This document shows, in pieces, positions 51,045-64,000 of a stretch of DNA of 64,000 bases; the first letter of the stretch is position 1, and every line of letters starts with the position of its first letter. The stretch is from NCBI RefSeq assembly GCF_006345805.1, contig NC_043003.1:82956001-83020000 (forward strand), written 5' to 3'. This DNA comes from Octopus sinensis (Eukaryota). The position numbers and the translations under genes are program-made. Under the pieces are notes generated by a model. The model saw nothing but the letters and a program-made list of their open reading frames with translations, made no database searches and was not told the DNA's origin.

Positions 51045-51268
51045 TAAAAGCAGCAGAAAATTCAACAAAACCTGCTACTCTGAGTTTCACGTTCCCGTTC
51101 GTCGGACAGTTTTTTCTAGCAACAACTGTCCGACGAACGGGAACATGAAACTCAGAGTATCAGGTTTTGTTGAATTTTCTGCTGCTTTTAAATAAAGCAT
51201 ATTACTCTACCCCTGGTATTTGAGTACTCTTTTTTCCACCTTGTTTCACATTTATGTGTTTACTCCGG
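51039..51268. mobile_element. Fold-back hammerhead mini-element, copy 2 (inverted relative to copy 1)
   Basis: Arms at ~51039-51113 and ~51124-51197, unique tail 51198-51268, (TA)n on both sides. Confidence 0.9.
51067..51113 (-). ncRNA. Type I minimal hammerhead fold, fully paired, U4C core
   Basis: aaaaCUGU-CCGACGA-ACG GGAA CGU-GAAA-CUC A GAG U-A-GCAG guuuu. Confidence 0.7.
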
Positions 51269-51491
51269 TATATATATATATATATATATATAAGCATACA
51301 TACATATAGCATTCATATATATATTTAAATATTTAATATAGAATTGGGAAAATGTAACACTGCCTGCGTGATTTGAACATCGCTTCTAGTTTAAAGTGTG
51401 CAACTGAATTCATTATACCAAATATACCTCGACTTTTTACCATCGAAATCCGAAGAAAAGCACTCACATACATGCAATTCCACACCCACTC

Positions 51492-52002
<511 letters not shown>

Positions 52003-52049
52003 GCAGAGAGAAAGAGAGGAGAATGGAGGGAGAGAGTGATCATGTTTGT

Positions 52050-53100
52050 TACTTTGTCTTTACGGTTACAAATTATTCATCAAACACTGACTGGTCCTTT
52101 TTAGAAAGTATTCAGGAAATTCAAATAAATCATTTTCTTGAAAAATCACCTATTTTCTTTGAAATGTTGCTTTGCATAAACTTCAAAGTTGAAAAGCTCT
52201 TAGCATTGGTGTTGTTCCGGTAGAAGTGTTCAAATTCCAAGTATATAAAGATAAAGATCTTTCGTACGATCTTATGTGTAGTCTGCGGGAATACTATACA
52301 TCTTCACAAATTTCGAGTGACGTGTTACTGAAGGTACTGTTGAAAAGAAAACCGTGGCTTAGCATATGAGTTAAATCTCGAGACATTTTCTTCTTGGTGT
52401 TGTGGAAAAAAGCAGAATTATTTTCCATTGGCTCATTCAGCATTTTAAGTGAAATCATATTTCGTGCCCGCCGAGAGACCAATGACATATTTCCGCTGGT
52501 CAACTGATCAACAACAATTGAAATACACTGTGGAATACTAGACTATTATTGATTCATTGGAGTTTAATGAACTTAACTAAGACCTTAGTGGATTATCAAG
52601 TGTTGAGAAAATGCTTTGACCTTCTAAGTTTATAAATATTTTCAAGCCCATTCCCAATGATATATATAAATGCGCAATTCATATCCTCGGTATTGATATA
52701 AAGTACAATCATATAACTGATCTTATTCATTTTACAGTACACGTTACATAACCATTTTGATTCCCTCAATAACTTATGTCTAATTCTCAAGAAAACCATT
52801 TCTACACAGATGAAAATGCTGACCCAGAAACAAAGCCGTTCAAAGTCTTATGCATAAATTTCAAGAGCATTTAATAAATTAGTACTTCATCTGCCTTATC
52901 CCAGAAAAAATTCATGGGAATTCCAGACTGAAGGTGTATGGTAAAATATGTAAAGCATATCTGTAATGTAATCAGGGATGCAAATCTTAACGAAATTTCA
53001 AATAGAAATCATAAAGCTTAAAAATCTTTTTGGAAAATTATAACCTGTTTTCTATCAGGTATTTTATCTTTTTGCTTGTTGATTGTGAAACATGGGTATT
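52050..53100 (-). mobile_element. Possible decayed hAT transposase
   Basis: TNAKSFSTLKFMQS resembles the hAT dimerisation motif ERSFS.LK.IK; the rest is weak. Confidence 0.3.
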
Positions 53101-53629
53101 ATATGGAAATCATGGTTAAAAGTTAAGGGTTTTTCGGAAATGTATCATCGATATATATATATATCTTGAACATACTACCTGGGTGGTTTGGAAATAATGA
53201 AGTTATCAATTTAGAATGCCTTTGATTATATAGCTGACTCATATAGGCATGCAATATAGTCCGTACGGGATAGAAAAGAATTCCAAAGCATCAGGTCTAT
53301 GGCGAATTCTGTTTTGCAAAAGACCCCTTTACAACTGACACTTGAGATATAAAGACTATTTTAAATAAAACCCGTAAAAAAGTAATATTCATGTAGGAAC
53401 TAGCAAGAGAAGGACAGGTTCTTCCATATATTAAACATTGATTACTCTCACCTGCAGCTTTTGATGTTGCTTATTGTTCCCTCTTCCGAATAGCTCTTTT
53501 GCATGACTCATGCTGAATTCTCTCACTCTCAAATAATTCCACAACATAATATAAAGTATTTTTTTTACACTTTGATCTATCAACAGCTTGTTCTTTCCAG
53601 TTATAAATAGAAATAGCACATTTGATCTT

Positions 53630-54400
53630 AAGTTGATATTAAGAATGTCTTTGTACGCTGTTTAGGTTTGAGGTTTTTTTCTTGTTTCAATTTTCCATAA
53701 AATATTTGCTCTGGAATTCCGGTATTTCTCATTCGAACAAGGTGTCCACTTCCCCTTAAGACATTCCGATCGATGATAGCTTCGATTGTTGTCATTTCAG
53801 CTGCCTGTAGAACTTCGGAATCCGGAATATGTGTAATCCACTTCATATTGAATATGTCTTCAGCAGTGTTGATGAAGCCATTCGAGTATCTAAACTTGGT
53901 ATTTGTGGAACATTCGAATTTCACAGCCATGCAACAAACTTGACAGCACCCAAAATTTGCTGATGGATTGTCTCTGTTCCTAATCTGATCCTGTGTTGTA
54001 AGCAAAGACTGATTCCCATATCTCCAAATGCTGTCGAACCCTTCTCCATACTTGCATCATCTGACTGAGAGCACAATTCCTAGATAAATAAAGACAGTAC
54101 TAGTGTCTTTGCCTTAACATATGCTTTTCGAAGAGCACTCTGCAACATAATTTCTGTTTTCTTCAAATTCATTTCCAAGCCAACTAATTTGCATAATGCA
54201 TTAAGGAGTGTATTCAGATCCTACAGCTTCTGCCCAGTGTAAGATACTAAATTATAACCATTAGCGTATAATAGTGCCTTGACAATTGACCCAAACACTC
54301 TGGAATCTGCGTCAAGTCTCATGGTGATGAACTTCTAGATCAGATGTAGATTCCCTTAGTCTTACTGGTGAATGCTACCATGAATACTGATGGAAAGTAA
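53630..54400 (-). mobile_element. Decayed RTE (BovB-like) LINE
   Basis: GIYI..., MKWITHIPDSEVLQAAEMTTIEAII..GHLVRM..IPEQIFYGKL. Confidence 0.7.
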
Positions 54401-54725
54401 AGAGCAAATAACGTTAGAATGATAATGCTTCCTTATTTTACTTCAAGTTCTACATGAAAATCTTCAAGTAAATTACAATTTAAGTACACTCTAAATTTCA
54501 CGTTGTCATGCAAAAATCGTGTCGGGTCTGTAAACATCTTTAACACATTCCCTAGCATTTATCTGTCAAATGTCTTGATGAGATCAACAAAGCGTTGATG
54601 CCAATCATGTGACTGCAAAATAAACATTTTCTGAATATGTTGTGCAGAAAATATCATATCATCACACTTCCACCTTTTGCTCTACACCGAGATCATGCAG
54701 AAAATACATACACACACAAATATGT

Positions 54726-54787
<62 letters not shown>

Positions 54788-56399
54788 ATTTTGAAAACGT
54801 CACTATATAAGATAAATTTTAATTTTCTTAAAGATTTTACATGTTTCGGTTCTTTTTGAGAAAACGAACCTATCATAAAATATTTTTAAAAGTTACGAGA
54901 AAAAAGTCAAGGCAGAAAATGCTAAAATAATTTTATAAAAAACATTTATTATTTTAGAACCCAGATGAATTTGCAATCTACTCAAGTACGAATCATCATC
55001 ATGTTTCTATTAGTTTTGGGTTCCGCACCGTTTGTCACCAATTCAAAATCAGTGGTATGGATATATACTACAACCGTTGACCATTAGCTCTGACAACAAG
55101 ACGCCCGGTTTTGTATTGGCTGCATCGTTTTGAACACTCTGCAGTTGGTTCACTAAGCCTGCTTCATCCACATGAAACATCCAGGCTGAGCTAGTATCCA
55201 TATTTTAAAACTGAAATAAAAATAAAATATGTTAGCAAAAATCTCAATTTTTAATATTTTTCCCCGGAATATCAACTTATTTAACTACGAATAAAAACAA
55301 AACAAAACAGGAATTAAAGAAATTTCTCTCTTTGTAATTGTACAAAAATCCTGGAAATAAATAAATATATATATTTTGAATTCAGACCCTTGTGTACTTT
55401 GGGCGGTATATTTTAGGGTATATTTTTGGATGTGGGGTTAGTTAGGGAAGATATTGTTGGGTCCTAGCTACTGAATGTAGACTGGTTGAAAAGCGGGTTA
55501 GTGTGTTTTGTTTTTAACCTTTTTTATTTGTCTTTCTACACCCAATGGCGGCAATAACTTAGGGGATTGCAATACCACAAAATCTACGAACAATTTTGAC
55601 TACTATTTTTGCCAAAGATGGCAAAGCAACAAAGATGCAAACAACAAATGATTTGCAAAACAACAGAAACCAATACTAACTGGAAAAGATGGCCCCCCAT
55701 ATATAAAGATGGCAATCTATGATCTTGTTCATGTGATTAGTAGTAAAATCTTAGTTGTTCTTTAGGTTATCTGTTAGCAATGATGTTTTTAGTTTTGTCT
55801 TTTAGAATTTGCGATGTCTATTGAAAATAAAGTATGATGTAATCAGTGACTAATGACACCCTAGGGTGGTGAACTGGCAGAATTGTTGGAGCATTGCATT
55901 GAATGCTATGCGGTATTTGTTTCAAATTTCTTCACTGCAAGCTCAAATCCCACCAAAGTTGCCTTTGCATTTCAACCTGAGGGAAGGGCGATAAAAGGAG
56001 GATAGGTACCAATCTAAGGCGGTGGGCCTGTGAGAATGTAGGACCAGGTGCCTTGTGATTTTTTTTTGTTCAGGCTCTTCTGTTCTGAATACTAATCTAT
56101 GTGTGGGAACACCCTACCACCACTTGGCACCTTGGTTGCTTTTTTTCTCTTCTCGGCAGGGTTCACCCTACCAAACCTTTGGGCCACAATCTCTAGTTTA
56201 GAGGATACCTCTCTTTCCCACCAGTTCCAGAAACCCTGCAAAAGGTCATGGATACTGCCTACTCTCTTAACAAGAAAAAAACTGAATTCATAATTCCAGT
56301 TTTACATCAGTTCTTACAATAATGACATGGTTTAGTCAGCCTCTTCCTTAAATAGCTTTTCTTATTCTAAGTGTTTAGTTATTTTCATTTTAGTTATTT

Positions 56400-57195
56400 T
56401 CAAAAGATTGATGCAGACACTGGTGGAAGCAACAATACTGACTGGGAAAGCAAGTGGTGAAGATGTTTTCATTCCAAACATTCCTCTGATTCCTTCCGAC
56501 ACACAAATTGATTTCAAAGGGCTACAATTCCCACTGAGATTAAGCTTTGCAATGAGCATCAACAAAGCACAGGATCAGACATTGGAAGTGGTAGGCCTTA
56601 ATCTTGCAGAACCTGATTTTTCTCACAGACAGCTCTGTGTTCGATGCTCTGGAGTTGGAAATCTAGAAAATTTATTCATATATGCACCCAACGGCAAAAC
56701 CAAAAACATTGTATATCACGAAACCCTGCAAGACTGAAATTTTGGAACAAAATGCCCCTTCATCCGACAACCTCTCTTGCGAACCTCTAACAAACTCTCC
56801 GGCCAACCTCTGACAACCTCTCTCGCCAACTTCTGACAACCTCTCTCACCAACCTTCAGCAATCTCTCTCGAACAACTTCTCTCGCCAACTACCGAAAAC
56901 CTCTCTCGAGACCCTCCGACAACCTTTCTAGACAACCTCCCATGACCTCTCTTGCTAACCTCCGACAACCTCTCTCGCCAAACTCCGACAATCTTTCTCG
57001 CTAACCTCCTAAATCCTCAGTCGCCAACCTCCAACAATCTCTCCCTCCTGCAGCTGACAGTTTTTGTACATATTCGGGACGGAAAATACACCTTTTTTGG
57101 CAGTTATAACGAAATTGGCTTTTTTATATGTCAGAGTAATAAGGCGTTTCAATAGAACATATTTACCCCTGGGAATTACCGGGTACACCAGCTAG
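56400..57195 (+). mobile_element. 3' remnant of an autonomous Helitron: Pif1-like helicase C-terminus, minisatellite and 3' end
   Basis: GEDVFIPNIPLIPSD..FKGLQFPLRLSFAMSINKAQDQTLEVVGLNL..FSHRQL. Subterminal hairpin at ~57164-57186, CTAG|T at 57192-57196. Confidence 0.9.
56755..57050. repeat. Degenerate ~23-bp minisatellite (ctccgacaacctctctcgccaac)
   Basis: About a dozen diverged tandem units with no spacers. Confidence 0.85.
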
Positions 57196-57929
57196 TGTAT
57201 ATATATATAGATACACACGCGTTTTTTTTAATGTATATTCACACTTACACTGATATATCCAATCATCAATTCATCTGCACATCCCCATGCATACATATCA
57301 CCACACATATCTTTCGTTGCGCTCATCTGCTATATACGCAACGAACACGTTGGAATTCCTGAGATAGATCCAGTGACACCTATATCAAGACTGTGAATGA
57401 CATCAGGAAGCCATAGACAGCGATACTATTAGGTGTATTTGCAATGTTTAAATAATTATATATGTGTATATATAAGATGGAGGTGGAAATAGCACAGAAG
57501 TAATTCGAAGATATTTCAATTTAGAAAGAATACGAAGATTTTTAAATTATATAAAGAAAATCTTGTGTATTATTGATTTCGATGATGACTCTCGTCAAAA
57601 ACATGTCTGGATATTTTCGATGAAGTTCCGCTTAAATATAGTTTGGTATATAGTTTAAGGTGCTAGAGAGGGGTTGTGCTGTTGTCTATTGTCTAAAAAA
57701 AGGTTTGTGGGTTTCTACCAACCGAATGGCTTAAAAGCATTTATTGAATGGATTTTATGTCCACCTGTGTCTGAGTATGTGTGTGTGTGTGTGTGTATTG
57801 AATGGCCTTTCAGTGTTTGGAATGGGATCAGCTATGCGTTGATGGGTGTGTGTGGTTATGAATGTTTTGTTAAAGAAAGAATATAGGATTTCCTTTCTTT
57901 AGGTTTGATGGGTTTTTTAGTGTCTCCAA

Positions 57930-58170
57930 CTGTGTGTATGTGTGTTTGTGTGTGTGTGCAGATGTGTGTGGGGGCTTGCGATGTTGTCTTCTGTTTGTAT
58001 GTATGTGCGTATGTATGTGTTTGTGTGTATGTAAAGACGTATGTGTGTTTTTCGATGTTTTCTTTTGTGCGTACGTGTGTATGTGTGTATGTGTGTGTGT
58101 TTGTGTATGTGTCTATGTGTGTGTGTTTGTGTGTATGTGTGTGTGTTTGTGCGTAAGTACAGAGGTGTGT
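57930..58170. repeat. Degenerate (TG)n region
   Basis: Direct reading. Confidence 0.85.
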
Positions 58171-59292
58171 ATATGTGTCAGATTTACATGTATGCGTCAT
58201 AGTTATCGTTGTCTGCAATTATTTATAAGCAAAAATCTTAATGTTTCTAAAATCCCTTTAACACCTAATGATTTTAGCTATAAATTCTGTTTTGTCTAAT
58301 TCATATTTCTCTACCGTTATACTGATAAATATTTCTTATTTTCAATGCATAATATAATAAATAATTTGAAGACATTTTTTGTTATTTGATGGGGCAGGAA
58401 CGGTCACACGATTAATAAGGTTGTTTCCAGTACGTCGATCGAACCTGCTTCACAAGCACATTGACATTTATCTTTTCCCATGAGGCCAATCATAGCTTTC
58501 TGAAGAAAGGTGTGTAAATGCAATCTCTGAGAAAATCAATTGATCAGTACATTCCTTCTTAATTAATAGCGGGCCAATTCTCACAAAATTACATGTGATC
58601 AAATGTCTCACCCATCGTTCAGCTTTTTTTTTCTACGTTATCACACGTTCGTTATCCAATGTGTCCCTTCGTTGTTAAGATGGTAAACTGCTGTTTGAGA
58701 GTAATTTGTAGACTGTAGAGATACACACAACCTAGTGCCTCTTCCAAAGTAGGAGACCTAATTCTTCACCCATTTTGATATCATTACCTTTCCTAATTGT
58801 GCAATATGTTCAAGATAATTCTGCATAATGAAGAGCCTTTTCTTACTGCAAAATTACAATTATTGATCAATTATCCTACTTTTACCACCTCTCTCACAAA
58901 CTCAAATGGAGTTCTTTTGCTGTGTTATTTTCGTTTGCATTTTGTGTTAAAGTTATCTCATAAATTATTTCATCTATATATCGAATTCATTTTTGTTTAC
59001 ATTGTTTACATTTGAGCCAAGTTAGGCTTTCAGACCATATAACTAGGGCGCATGCAATATATATGTCCCACGTTCCCGCATACTTATTTTTATTAATATT
59101 TTTTATTACAAATATTAGTTAATAGTAATTACATTAGAAGATGGATCTTATATATTTAAAGAGGAAAACCATTAGTTTTAAATCACTGAGCGAAAAGTAA
59201 GTATTAGCAGTACTACAGAGCAAAATCTATTTGCCAACTTAAGTTGGCAGCCCTGATTAGGATGATATTACTACCTTATATATATATATATA

Positions 59293-59702
59293 TACTCTCT
59301 TTTACTCTTTTACTTGTTTCAGTCATTTGACTGCGGCCATGCTGGAGCACCGCCTTTAATCGAGCAACTCGACCCCAGGACTTATTCTTTTGGAAGCCCA
59401 GTACTTATTCTATCGGTCTCTTTTGCCGAACCGCTAAGTAACGGGGACATAAACACACCAGCATCGGTTGTCAGGCAATGCTAGGGGACAAACACAGACA
59501 CACAAACACACACACGCATATATATATATATACATATATACGACGGGCTTCTTTCAGTTTCCGTCTACCAAACCCACTCACAAGGCTTTGGTCGGCCCGA
59601 GGCTATAGTAGAAGACACTTTCCCAAGGTGTACGCAGTGGGACTGAACCCGGAACCATGTGGTTGGTAAACAAGCTACTTACCACACAGCCACTCCTGCA
59701 CC
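59293..59702 (-). mobile_element. CORE-like tRNA-derived SINE (family B), full length and well conserved
   Basis: A box tggctgtgtgg, B box ggttcagtccc, accttggg(c)aagtgtcttc CORE-like block, (gtaaaaga)n tail. Confidence 0.93.
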
Positions 59703-60083
59703 TATATTTTATATGTTTGTATATATCTATTTTCCTTTATTTCTACTTATATAAAAATTCTAAATATTTTGGTAAAATGAAGTCATTTATTTCAAGTTCT
59801 AGCAATTAAGTGTACAACAATTTTATATGGTATGTTTAAATACTTTAGCGATAATTTTATTAGCAACTTATCGAACAATCTCGTTCCTAATATTGGAACA
59901 AAACCAGCCATTTCAGGAATCGACACACGAAATAGTGTGTGGCAAGTAAAGTTTTTAAGGTGAAAAATAGCAAAGTAGTCTCCAACGGAACTTGAAATCA
60001 GAACTGAAGGGTTATGATGTAATATTGCTTCTCATTAATCTGAGTTTCTAAGAATCTTCGTATATAGCACTCTGTTTGTAGTA

Positions 60084-60323
60084 CAATAATCCCTCGCCAT
60101 ATCGCGGTTTACCTATCGCAGTTCATCTTTCGCAGTTTATTATGTTTTTTTTTATTCTTCCGTGGTATTGTTTTGCATTTATAATAAAATAGATATAAAC
60201 AAATTATAAAAACAATTAAAAAAAATATACAGTACTGTTTCTACTTTGCGGATTTTCACATATCGCGTGGTGGGGTTGGGGTGAGCTTGAAACGTAACAC
60301 TCGCGATAATCGAGATATTATTG
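60084..60323. mobile_element. Tc1/pogo (Tigger-like) MITE, 240 bp
   Basis: TA|CAATAATCCCTCG ... CGAGATATTATTG|TA imperfect TIRs with a TA TSD. Confidence 0.8.
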
Positions 60324-61039
60324 TATTACGTTCTGATTCAATCCACCCAGCTCGTATTTTATGCAGGGAAATAGTAGTTTCGAATGGCAGAACATCCGGC
60401 TAAATTTTACTTTGTCTTTTACATACGTATTCTGTTGGAACAGATTAAATATAAGTAACAGTTATGGTCAAGTTCCACTTCTACTATTTTTTTTCCTTTA
60501 GGATGCGCATAGTATTGCAATATCACTTGTATTATCCAAAATCATCTTACACAATCTCATGCAATAAGAACTTTTAAAAACAAATATTCAATGATATTGT
60601 TGTAGAAGGTAACATATAATTCATTGTGCAAGGAGGTCAATGTAATATTTGAATATGAAAATCGTTAGTCTCTGTCTCTTTATTTCTCTTAATAAACACA
60701 GCCACAAACACATAATCATCATTATCATTTGGTCATCACCTGTGTTTAATGTTTCTCTCCCCACCTCGCTCTCTCTCTCTCCCTCTCTCTCCCCTCTCTC
60801 TCTCTCTCTCTTGCTAAAACTATTATAATTATTGGCTAGTACGTCCCTAAGTAGCACATTTAGAGTTCACGTTTGCTAACCAGAACTGTTGCCTGTGAAC
60901 GCATTGGCAAACCCTTAGACTACAACGCAAACAGCAAAGAGTGCGATAAAAAAGGTAGGTGATGAGCAGACCGGATTCTAAAGCCACATACATGTTTCCT
61001 TCTGTCATCATGAACTATTATCAATTCGCCTGGCAATTC

Positions 61040-61196
61040 TTATTTCTTTATTGCCCACAAGGGGCTAAACACAGAGGGGACAAACAAGAACAGACAAAGG
61101 GATTAAGTCGATTACATCGACTCCAGTGCATAACTGGTACTTAATTTATCGACCCTGAAAGGATGAAAGGCAAAGTCGACCTCGGCGGATTTTTTT
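61040..61196 (-). mobile_element. 5'-truncated SINE family A with TSD
   Basis: 12-bp TSD GCCTGGCAATTC at 61028-61039 and 61197-61208. Confidence 0.9.
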
Positions 61197-61399
61197 GCCT
61201 GGCAATTCAATCATCTCCATGTAAAAATCTGTGAATTTGATCTTATGTTTACTTCAGCTATTGCCAAATCCCTTACTAGAAATGACAGCCGAATCTCAAA
61301 AAAGGAAAGACTTATTAGGTAATTCCTGATATAGAAACATACTACATTATTTTGTCTAGAATACATTTGATAGTTGTACTGAAAAACAACGATATCCAC

Positions 61400-62200
61400 A
61401 CACTATTTGTCGTAAAAATACACATCTCTCATCTCAATGTATCCAACCTCTAATATCTGCACGCTAATTCCACGCTAATTTTAACATCATTTCGAATGAT
61501 GTTGTTTGATTCTTTCCCCTATCCACCTCTCTGATACGTATATCAGTAACAAAAATCTAGCAACTCCCGTCCAAAGCCTTTATCTTACATTTCTATAAAT
61601 TAGTCTTAACAGATATTCGCATTTTTTTCTCGTCCTGCATTGAGTGTATCCATCTCATTCCTCGTATTTGTGAACTCAGAAACCTTGTTCACTCTAATGC
61701 ACTCAACTTCACAGATTGACAGGGCCGAATCGTTTGCGATTCTTAATTGTCAGCATCAATTAGTTTTGCGAACACTCTTTGACTTTCTCATTGAGATATT
61801 ACTCGTTACAGAAATAGTTCAAAGGTAATGGTTGCTGCTTCTAATCTTAATTAATAATTAATAACATAGGCACAACCCACAAAAGTTAATGGGATGGAAC
61901 ACTAAATTATTTCAACACCATTATTTGACTATTACTTTTGCTTTATCGAGACAACAAAAGGATGAAATACTAAGTCGATATCGACGAAATCGGATCTCAG
62001 AAGTGCATCTGAATTCAGATGTTTTACATTCAGTAATCATGGATCTCCATCTGTTTCGATGATGAGTAATCAGCTGTTCAATTAACTGAACTACCTTCTC
62101 ATTAAATGTAGCGATGATCAAGTTGCTGAACATTCCACAGATCCACATGCCTATAACGTAATTCTCTTACATTGTTTAAGTTGAACCGACTCTATGGCTA
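61400..62200 (-). mobile_element. Decayed RTE-like LINE fragments
   Basis: NLIIATFNEK and RNRWRSMITECKT resemble APE-domain motifs; RGMRWIHSM resembles the 3' end. Confidence 0.35.
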
Positions 62201-62493
62201 AAATCGCTTGATGAAAAACCATAACATAGAGTAGATCTTGAATTCTTGTGATTTCTGGGGGTAATTCTTGACACTCCTCAGCAACACCAAAAAAGGCACG
62301 TACAGACTTGCTGTGCGTTGAAATATAAATAAAAACACATTCCTACTACGTTTTTCTTTCATGTACCAACTGTTGTTCTCTCCACGTAACAGGCATACCT
62401 GGCTTCCTTCCGCAATGAAAAGTATAAGATATTCAGTATACGATAAAACTGCCGTAAATTACGCTAGTGACACAGTAGACAGCTTAATTTTCA

Positions 62494-62729
62494 AGGCGGC
62501 GAGCTGGAAGAAACGTTAGTACGCCAGACGAAATGCTTAGAGTTATTTCGTCAGCCGTTACGTTCTGAGTTCAAAGTCCGCCGAGGTCAACTTTGCCTTT
62601 CATCCTTTCGGGGTCGATTAAATAAGTACCAGTAACGCACTGGGGTCGATGTTATCGACTTAATCCGTTTGTCTGTCCTTGTGTGTCCCCTCTGTGTTTA
62701 GCCCCTTGTGGGTAGTAAAGAAATAAGAA
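62494..62729 (+). mobile_element. SINE family A, full length with TSD
   Basis: 13-bp TSD AGCTTAATTTTCA at 62481-62493 and 62730-62742. Confidence 0.95.
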
Positions 62730-63649
62730 AGCTTAATTTTCATATTTATACTTTAGACGGCTCAACATCAATTATACAGTTAGTTATATATTATGAAAAC
62801 ATGGCGTGAATTAAAAGAACTAAACTCAATGTAAATATTATATCTAGCTTTCGGTGAAACAAGAATAGAAGCGCTTGCTGCCTTTGCATTTGGTATGCGA
62901 AAATAAAAGAAGGAATCTCTTGATGTCAGCTTCCCTTTCGTTTACTGCCCCTGAAGGGAAACGCATCCTGACTTCAAGAGTAAAGAATATTCAGCTTGCG
63001 CTCTAGTGGATGGCTTCACTTATATAATTCTGCAGTTGATGGCTCCTTATAAACTGAGTCATATATAATGAGTCATCACATCGATATCTAAAAGAAAACG
63101 CTGATGGGGTTTAAATAAGAAGGTAAATAGTTATGTACATAAAACCAAACCATACCCATCAGTGACAAACAAGTATGGCATGGTAGCATATAATTCCTTT
63201 CTCTAATTGTTTCATATGTACTTGCCCGTGTTAGATTCTCTTTCGAACTTCCAAAATTTCACCATGCAGAATATCTAGGAAGTGACAAGTGATTGAAAGT
63301 AAGCTATACAGTATTTAACTAGTACTGATTTGAAGGTAAAATAATGTCTGTCACTTGGTCACGAACATAGAACGCTGCCCGGAACTGGAATCGAACAATC
63401 AACTTGTGATCGTGAACCCAAAATTTTAAAATCAAAACTACAAATGCATAGCTGCAGATACATAGATATAAATATATATATTGATGTATATATATATATA
63501 TCAAATAGTTCCCGGTATCAATAGGTTCCCAGACTAGTTCTGTACACAATACACAGTTGCATGCGCATTGAGAGCTACAAGTGACCTTCATAAAGCAGGG
63601 CGCAGGTTGATATCACTGAGTTTATCTCACAACTTGAAAAAATTATGTT

Positions 63650-63900
63650 CTGGAGATCACTTGTTTGCTATAGTCTGCGATTTTTTGAAATTTTGCGTTA
63701 GACGTCTGCTACAGAGATTTTGACCATGCTTCGGCAAGATTATGGCAATGATGCAATGGGTCGTACGCTATGTTTCGAGTGGCACAGACGCTTCAAAACC
63801 GGAAGAACGTCTCTGGAAGACGATGAGGGATCTGAAAGTGGATGAGTGATCTGGAAAACCAGCCACGAGTATCACCTCCGGATGTGTGGAGTCGGAAGAC
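63650..63900 (+). mobile_element. mariner transposase N-terminal relic
   Basis: LKFCVRR..TEILTMLRQDYGNDAMGRTLCFEWHRRFKTGRTSLEDDE. Confidence 0.85.
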
Positions 63901-64000
63901 AATCAATGATGCTTTGAAGCACTTGAAGGAAGAGCGCAAAGAATTGTATTCTTCAATGTACCCTCTCACCGAGATCTCCCCACTCGCTAAAAAAAATACG

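Noticed and set aside
56755-57050. CRISPR-like periodic repeat
   Set aside because: The degenerate tandem units have no unique spacers, there are no cas genes, and it sits inside a eukaryotic Helitron.
59232-59255. 16-bp palindrome GCCAACTTAAGTTGGC with hAT-like CAGCCCTG end
   Set aside because: No partner TIR or TSD was found.
60367-60570. Two acceptor-led open frames (GNSSFEWQ.., DAHSIAIS..)
   Set aside because: Short, with no convincing donor pairing or recognisable protein.

Overview
AT-rich eukaryotic DNA, very likely from an octopus (coleoid cephalopod). The organism call rests on recognisable tRNA-derived SINE families, dense (TA)n/(CA)n/(GATA)n/(TAA)n microsatellites and the LINE repertoire. 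There is no prokaryotic operon, rRNA, true tRNA or CRISPR array, and most ORF-track entries are translated microsatellites or TE fragments. The window is a mosaic of decayed TEs: R4/Dong, RTE, Tx1, a Jockey/L2-like LINE, Penelope-like elements (PLEs), mariner/Tc1, hAT, Helitrons and four SINE families. A few small, phase-compatible + strand exon candidates suggest much of it is intronic to an unidentified gene. The most striking signal is a set of short non-coding elements carrying type I hammerhead ribozyme (HHR) folds. One family, present twice (6135-6346, 51039-51268) and flanked by (TA)n, is a fold-back palindrome with a CCGAnGA (U4C) core and arm-to-arm covariation. A second fold-back family lies at 7344-7871. 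A 437-bp unit with terminal redundancy and a long-stem-II HHR lies at 47967-48440. All structures and alignments were read by eye and no search or folding program was run. Boundaries of decayed TEs are approximate.
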